The position numbers and the translations under genes were made by a program. Shown here piece by piece: positions 37,179-42,330 of a DNA stretch of 42,330 nucleotides; within the stretch, counting starts at the first letter, position 1; each line of letters begins with the position of its first letter. The stretch comes from Myxococcota bacterium (lineage in GTDB: Bacteria; Myxococcota_C; UBA6777): the NCBI GenBank assembly GCA_023150835.1, contig JAKLKB010000084.1, positions 1 to 42,330 of the forward strand, in the 5' to 3' direction. The notes below the pieces were generated by a model, which saw only the letters and a program-made list of their open reading frames with translations, was not told the DNA's origin and did not search any database.

Positions 37179-40100
37179 TTATGGAAGTGTGACACGAAGG
37201 AAGAGGCGGTCGGTGCCGACACCTGCGCCAAAGTTGCCAAGAACATCAAGACCATAGAGACTATTTCCAAGAGAGGGAGAAAAGGTGTGCCACTCTTGCC
37301 CGTCCGAAGAGGCGACGACCACGCCTGCGCTGTCTGCGGCGAGATAGCGGCCATTTCCGACAGAGACGACAGTATAGAGGGTGTTGGTGGTTGGGCTAGT
37401 GAGGGGAGTCCACGACACACCGCCGTTTCCGCTCCACAAGATCCGACCCAATGAACCCACCGCCACCGCACTTGTCGCGGAGTATTGGGCGACAGCGTAC
37501 AGCGTGTCGGTGTTGGGGTTGGTCGAGCGGCTCCAAACATTGGCGGTGCTATCGGTGGAAAGCACGATGGTTCCGCTCGAACCGACAGCCAAACAACGGG
37601 TCGAAAGACAATGTACGCCGTTGAGCGTGTTGGTCACACCCGAAGTGCGTGTGGACCAAGAGACGCCATTGTTGCTGCTATAATGGATCGTTCCTGAGGC
37701 TCCGACGGTGACAAACCCGCTGGTGCTTTGGGCTGAGACGGCATAGAGGCTCGATGTCGTCGGCGCTGTCACCGAAGACCACGTTGCACCGCTGTCAGTC
37801 GAACGATGGATCAAGCCCGATGTTCCGACGGCGATCAACGTTGCGGGAGTGCCATCGCTTGCATCGATCCCATAAAACGTGCTGCCCGTCGTCGAAGCGT
37901 CCGTCCACGAAACGCCGTTGTCGTTGCTGCGCACAAGATTGCTTGCAAACCCCGCAGCAGCAAAGTTGTTGCTGCCGCTTTGTGTGACGGAGCGCAAGGT
38001 GCCGATCGAAGGCGAAGCGACCGTCCATGTCGCCCCATAATCGGCGGTGCGCAGGCTCAGACCATATTCTCCCACAGCGATATAGTTGGATGTCGCATAG
38101 TTACGAAACACACCGTAGAGCCAAGTGCTTGCGGGCGTGGGATTGGGGACGACCGACCATGTGCTGCCGCTATCTCCCGAACGAAGGATGGTTCCTGATG
38201 TGCCGACCGCAACGGCCCCACCAAAGTCGATCGACACAGCGCGCAACGTGCTGGTGGTGGGTGTGGTGACGTTGGTCCATGAACTTCCCCCATTGCTCGA
38301 ACGGATCACACTCCCGAGAGATCCGACGGCGATCGCGGTGCTGCCGATATCATAGAGATAGACTCCGTACAGCGTGGAGGTCGCTGGACTCGATACAGTC
38401 GCCCACGAAGTCCCCGTTGTCGTCGAGCGGATCACCACGCCTCCCGAACCGACCGCGATCGCCGTCGAGCTTTTAAGCGAGACCGCATAAAGCAGCGAAG
38501 TGGTGGGACTCGATACGGACACCCACGTAGCCCCGTTGTCGGTCGAGCGCAAGATCGTTCCCCCCGATCCCACCGCGATCGCCGTGTAAGTACTCGTCCC
38601 TGTTTCGTACACAGACACACCGTACAGCGTGTTGGCGGTCGGGCTGGTCACGGCGGTCCAAGAGATCCCACCATCCGAGGAGCGCAAGATCGTGCCGCTT
38701 GAACCGACGGCCACCGCGACGTTATCCGCAAGGCTGATCGCATAAAGCGTGTTGGTGGTTGGGGTGGGGACAGTGGTCCATGTCGTGCCGCTATTTACAG
38801 ACCGCATAATCACGCCGTAGCTTCCGGCAGAAAGAGCGATCGATCCGCCGTAGCCGTTGTCGTAAGTGGTACCGTAGAGCGTCACGCTGCGGCTTTTGGA
38901 AACAAATTGGATCGGACCTTCGCCGACAGCGCCTGCGCCCGAACGGATCGCCAAAAGTGCGGTGGGGCTGCGCAACGCGATTGCCGTGTAGCTCCCGCTG
39001 CTTCCAAGCGGGCGCTTGGTAAAACTCACGCCATGATCTTGGCTGAGGTAGTAGTCGCTGCTTCCACTTGCAGCGATCGCCAGCGTCCCACCTCCGGGCG
39101 AAATGGCATGCGCCAACGTCACCGTGTCCGCAAAGGTGATCCGCCCCCAGACACCGCCACTATCGCTGCTACGCACCACCGTTCCGCTGACGCCCACGGC
39201 CACCACATCGCTAAAGCCGGTCCAAGCCACCGCCCGCAAGTGGTTGGTGGTGGGCGAAGTCTGCGAAGTCCACGAAACACCGCTGTCGGTGGAACGTACG
39301 ATGCTACCGTTGTTTCCAACAGCCACCACCGTCCCCGAAGTCTCGGAGCGACTCGATATGCCAAAGAGAGCTTGTCCGCTGGCTTGTGTACTCGTCGTCC
39401 ACGTCGTACCTCCATCTCGCGAGACGACCACCGTGCCGCCATCGCCGACCGCAATAAAGTTGCCTGTGGTGTATGTCACGGCACGCAAGGTCGCGGTGGT
39501 TCCGCTGCTGAATTTGCTAAAGGACGCGCCCTTATCGCGTGACAACAAGATCTCACCGCTGCCACCGACGATCACCAACAAACCAGCGGTCGAAGAAGCC
39601 GCTGCAAGGAGGTTGTTGGCGCTATTGCTCGAAACGGTCGCCCACACACCTCCGCTGTTGACGGTGCGCCAAATATTCCCGTTGTTTCCGAAGGCAACGC
39701 CGATCTGAGGATCGACAAACGCGGCCCCTTGCGTCCCTGTCGGAAACGACAGGCCATTCCAATTGTTGTAAAGGCACGCACCGTTGTTGTCGATCTTTCC
39801 GTCGCAATCGTTGTCATTCCAGTCGCAAGACTCGATTACTGGGCCGACTTGCCCGTTGCAGGTGCCCGACCAGCGCCCTGCCACACAACCTTCGCTACCT
39901 GTGCGACAAGCGCCTGCACATTGGTAATTGGCCCCCACCAAGACGCACCCCGATCCGCCCGTATAACAAGCGCGAGTCTGGCCGACGTTGCACTCTCGAC
40001 ATTCGTCCACTTGTCCGTTGCAATCGTCGTCTGCGTTGTTTGCACAATCCTCCGTTCGCGGTAAGGTCTGACCGATACAGCTTCCCCATGTTCCGCTGCT

Positions 40101-41909
40101 ACAGGTCTGTGTGCCTGCTCGACAGATGCCGATATTCGCGGTCCCCGACGGTCCCGTATAACAAGACCGCGATACGCCTTGATCGACCGTCCCGTCGCAA
40201 TCGTTGTCGATGTTGTCGCAGCTTACTTCGGTGGCTTCGTATGCTGGATTGTTGGCTTTGTACTGGGCCTCGGTGCAATCGCGCCATCCAGCGGCCCCTG
40301 CACAGATCTGACGCGCTCCCGCACAAGCCCCTGTCGTCTTGCTGCACGGTGGCCCAAGGAGACCGTCATCGATCTTGCCGTTGCAATCGTCGTCTTGGCC
40401 GTTGCAGACCTCCGCAACAGGCTTGATCGCACCTTGGCAAACGCCCCATGTTCCGATGCTTACGCAGGTCTGGTCACCTTCTTTGCAAAGCCCGATGCCT
40501 TGGGTGTTTGCGGGGCCATCGTAGCACTTGCGCGTCTGGCCGGGTACGCAAAGGCAGTTGTTGTCGACTTGCCCGTCACAGTCGTCATCTTTTTGGTTGC
40601 AAAGCTCTCGATCAGGCAACACTTCACCCGCACAAGTCCCCCAACGTCCCGCCGTACACGTCTGCGTACCCGCAGCGCAAACACCTTCGCATTGGTACGT
40701 GTTCCCTTGCAGTCGACAGCCCCCTGTCCCCGAATAACACGACCGACGGAGGTTTTCATCGATCTGACCGTCGCAGTTGTTGTCAAGATTGTCGCACTTG
40801 GTCTCCGTCTCTTCGTAGTTCGGGTCGGTTTTTTGATATGCAACAGCGTCACAAGCCGCCCAACCTTGCGCACCTTTGCATTCTTTTTTGCTCCCTGCAC
40901 AGACGCCTTGTTGCTTGTCGCAAGGAGGCGCTTGCATACCGTTGTCGATCTGACCGTCGCAATCGTCGTCTTTGCCGTTGCATTCTTCGGGTATGGGTTT
41001 GATCTCCCCATCACAAGGGCTCCATTTCCCGCCTGTGTCGCAAGTGCGAGAACCTTTCTTACACAGGCCTTTTCCGCCTGTTCCATCAGGCCCTGTGTAA
41101 CATTCTTCTTTCTGCCCCGGGATACAATCGCACTTGTTGTCGACCACTCCATCGCAATCATCGTCTTTTCCGTTGCAATCTTCGCCTGATGGCGGTATCG
41201 CATCGAGGCAAGCTCCCCACGTTCCGTCGGCTTGGCAAGTCATCGTTCCCTTTTTACAGACGCCGATCCCTGCGGTCTTTTCAGGCCCCGTATAACAAGG
41301 CGCGGTCTGGCTCTCTTTGCAAGCACAAGCCGCGATATCATCGATCTTTCCGTTGCAATCGTCGTCGATGCCGTTGCAGGTTTCCTTGGTCGGCAAGCTC
41401 GCACCTTCGCAGTTTTTGTCCCATGTTCCGTCACTTTGGCATCGTTGTACCCCTGCCTTGCAGGGGAGATTGGCGCGTGTCTCGGTCGGCCCGGGATAAC
41501 ACGGCTGCGCTTCGCCTTGTTTACAAGCGCATCCCTCGTCGACAAGGCCGTTGCAGTTGTCGTCGAGCTGGTTGCATTCTTCGGTCTTGGGCAAGGACTC
41601 ACCTTCGCAAGCCCCCCATTTTCCGCTTTGACAGCGCTGTCGCCCGCCCTTGCAAGGTCCGACACCCTCCGTCCCTTCGGGGCCAGTATAGCAACGGCGA
41701 AAGTTTCCGTCTTGGCATTCGGTCGGATTCGTCTCAGGAATTACCTCGCTCGCATCTGGCGTGGAAGGTTTCACGCACTTCCCGTTTTCGCAAAGGCTGT
41801 TTGCACCGACACAATCACCGTCGAATTTGCACTCAGGATCCCCGCAAGCCGCCAACCCCATCACCCACAACAAGACCACCATTCCACACAAACTGATCAA
41901 ACGACGCAT
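37179..41909 (-). CDS. Giant lipoprotein: 10 Cys/Asp-rich (MopE-like putative metal-binding) repeats plus a BNR/Ycf48-like beta-propeller region
   Basis: Start moved to ATG 41909 (MRRLISLCG..GLAAC lipobox); ten E.C[N/D]..D[D/N][D/N]C[D/N]G..D motifs; ~19 VG..G.I.RS.D.G..W Asp-box repeats. Confidence 0.88.
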   Translation of the reverse strand: MRRLISLCGMVVLLWVMGLAACGDPECKFDGDCVGANSLCENGKCVKPSTPDASEVIPETNPTECQDGNFRRCYTGPEGTEGVGPCKGGRQRCQSGKWGACEGESLPKTEECNQLDDNCNGLVDEGCACKQGEAQPCYPGPTETRANLPCKAGVQRCQSDGTWDKNCEGASLPTKETCNGIDDDCNGKIDDIAACACKESQTAPCYTGPEKTAGIGVCKKGTMTCQADGTWGACLDAIPPSGEDCNGKDDDCDGVVDNKCDCIPGQKEECYTGPDGTGGKGLCKKGSRTCDTGGKWSPCDGEIKPIPEECNGKDDDCDGQIDNGMQAPPCDKQQGVCAGSKKECKGAQGWAACDAVAYQKTDPNYEETETKCDNLDNNCDGQIDENLRRSCYSGTGGCRLQGNTYQCEGVCAAGTQTCTAGRWGTCAGEVLPDRELCNQKDDDCDGQVDNNCLCVPGQTRKCYDGPANTQGIGLCKEGDQTCVSIGTWGVCQGAIKPVAEVCNGQDDDCNGKIDDGLLGPPCSKTTGACAGARQICAGAAGWRDCTEAQYKANNPAYEATEVSCDNIDNDCDGTVDQGVSRSCYTGPSGTANIGICRAGTQTCSSGTWGSCIGQTLPRTEDCANNADDDCNGQVDECRECNVGQTRACYTGGSGCVLVGANYQCAGACRTGSEGCVAGRWSGTCNGQVGPVIESCDWNDNDCDGKIDNNGACLYNNWNGLSFPTGTQGAAFVDPQIGVAFGNNGNIWRTVNSGGVWATVSSNSANNLLAAASSTAGLLVIVGGSGEILLSRDKGASFSKFSSGTTATLRAVTYTTGNFIAVGDGGTVVVSRDGGTTWTTSTQASGQALFGISSRSETSGTVVAVGNNGSIVRSTDSGVSWTSQTSPTTNHLRAVAWTGFSDVVAVGVSGTVVRSSDSGGVWGRITFADTVTLAHAISPGGGTLAIAASGSSDYYLSQDHGVSFTKRPLGSSGSYTAIALRSPTALLAIRSGAGAVGEGPIQFVSKSRSVTLYGTTYDNGYGGSIALSAGSYGVIMRSVNSGTTWTTVPTPTTNTLYAISLADNVAVAVGSSGTILRSSDGGISWTAVTSPTANTLYGVSVYETGTSTYTAIAVGSGGTILRSTDNGATWVSVSSPTTSLLYAVSLKSSTAIAVGSGGVVIRSTTTGTSWATVSSPATSTLYGVYLYDIGSTAIAVGSLGSVIRSSNGGSSWTNVTTPTTSTLRAVSIDFGGAVAVGTSGTILRSGDSGSTWSVVPNPTPASTWLYGVFRNYATSNYIAVGEYGLSLRTADYGATWTVASPSIGTLRSVTQSGSNNFAAAGFASNLVRSNDNGVSWTDASTTGSTFYGIDASDGTPATLIAVGTSGLIHRSTDSGATWSSVTAPTTSSLYAVSAQSTSGFVTVGASGTIHYSSNNGVSWSTRTSGVTNTLNGVHCLSTRCLAVGSSGTIVLSTDSTANVWSRSTNPNTDTLYAVAQYSATSAVAVGSLGRILWSGNGGVSWTPLTSPTTNTLYTVVSVGNGRYLAADSAGVVVASSDGQEWHTFSPSLGNSLYGLDVLGNFGAGVGTDRLFLRVTLP

Positions 41910-42053
41910 GAAACCACGCTCCACACAGCGACAAAACCCAACAAATGCCGACGGCACGACCCTTCCTTGGACATGACGAACGCACAAAACTTGATTGTCT
42001 TTCCCCCACAAGGGTTTGTAAATAGGACAAAACCAAGCGACACGCAAAACGGA

Positions 42054-42100
42054 TACGAAATCCGCCCATTGTGTGACCGTAACGGTGTAGGGGCTGCCCC
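42054..42100. mobile_element. Family A MITE copy 9 (left part), interrupted by a family B MITE
   Basis: TACGAAATCCGCCCATTGTGTGA..GTAGGGGCTGCCCC, matching the start of copies 1 and 6. Confidence 0.85.
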
Positions 42101-42330
42101 CATACGCGCCTTGTTAAGCGGAGGAAAGCCCCCCACCCCGCCCTCCCCCGTGAACAGGGGAGGGAGCGAAAGTCGGAAGCATCGGGGATGTTGTTTTTTC
42201 ATGACGCACGCTGTATGCACGAAATGCAGACGCTGCCCGTTCCAACTTCCCCCCGTTGGCCGGGGGGATTGAGGGGGGGAGAAAAAAAAAGGCGATCAAG
42301 ACCGACTCTACGAGGTTTCCACCTTAACAA
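42101..42330. mobile_element. Family B MITE copy 2 (right end cut by the window edge)
   Basis: Starts CATACGCGCCTTGTTAAG, the exact reverse complement of 13445-13462, directly after GGGGCTGCCCC; the window ends in ..CCACCTTAACAA, inside the right terminal repeat. Confidence 0.85.

Noticed and set aside
41910-42047. Upstream extensions of ORF-track starts (also 5726-5797, 14607-14723, 20477-20557)
   Set aside because: Downstream ATGs fit signal peptides, family N-termini or RBS positions better.

Overview
Chromosomal region of about 50-55% GC from a Gram-negative bacterium, probably Myxococcota or a related deltaproteobacterial lineage (inferred from the Cys-rich surface lipoproteins, the VIT-vWA protein and the extended LepB). 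Housekeeping genes are lepA-lepB, a UDP-glucuronate decarboxylase-like SDR, a stand-alone ftsZ, queF and a universal stress protein. The window also holds an AT-rich orphan N6-adenine DNA methyltransferase, two very large repeat lipoproteins and an RND permease without partner genes. A full moxR-DUF58-bat operon has unusual members: a 1507-aa BatC carrying two inserted DUF5060/DUF4038-like modules, a BatA with an inserted helical domain, and a downstream thioredoxin-BatD-like fusion. The most striking non-coding signal is a nested mobile-element system. Nine copies of a ~105-113 bp MITE-like element (ends TACGADATCCG, GTAG-REP core) occur, and five gene stop codons directly abut its ends. Two copies are interrupted at the same GGGGCTGCCCC site by a second, IS231/IS4-like MITE; the complete one shows an 11-bp target duplication. 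No transposase, tRNA, rRNA or CRISPR array was seen.
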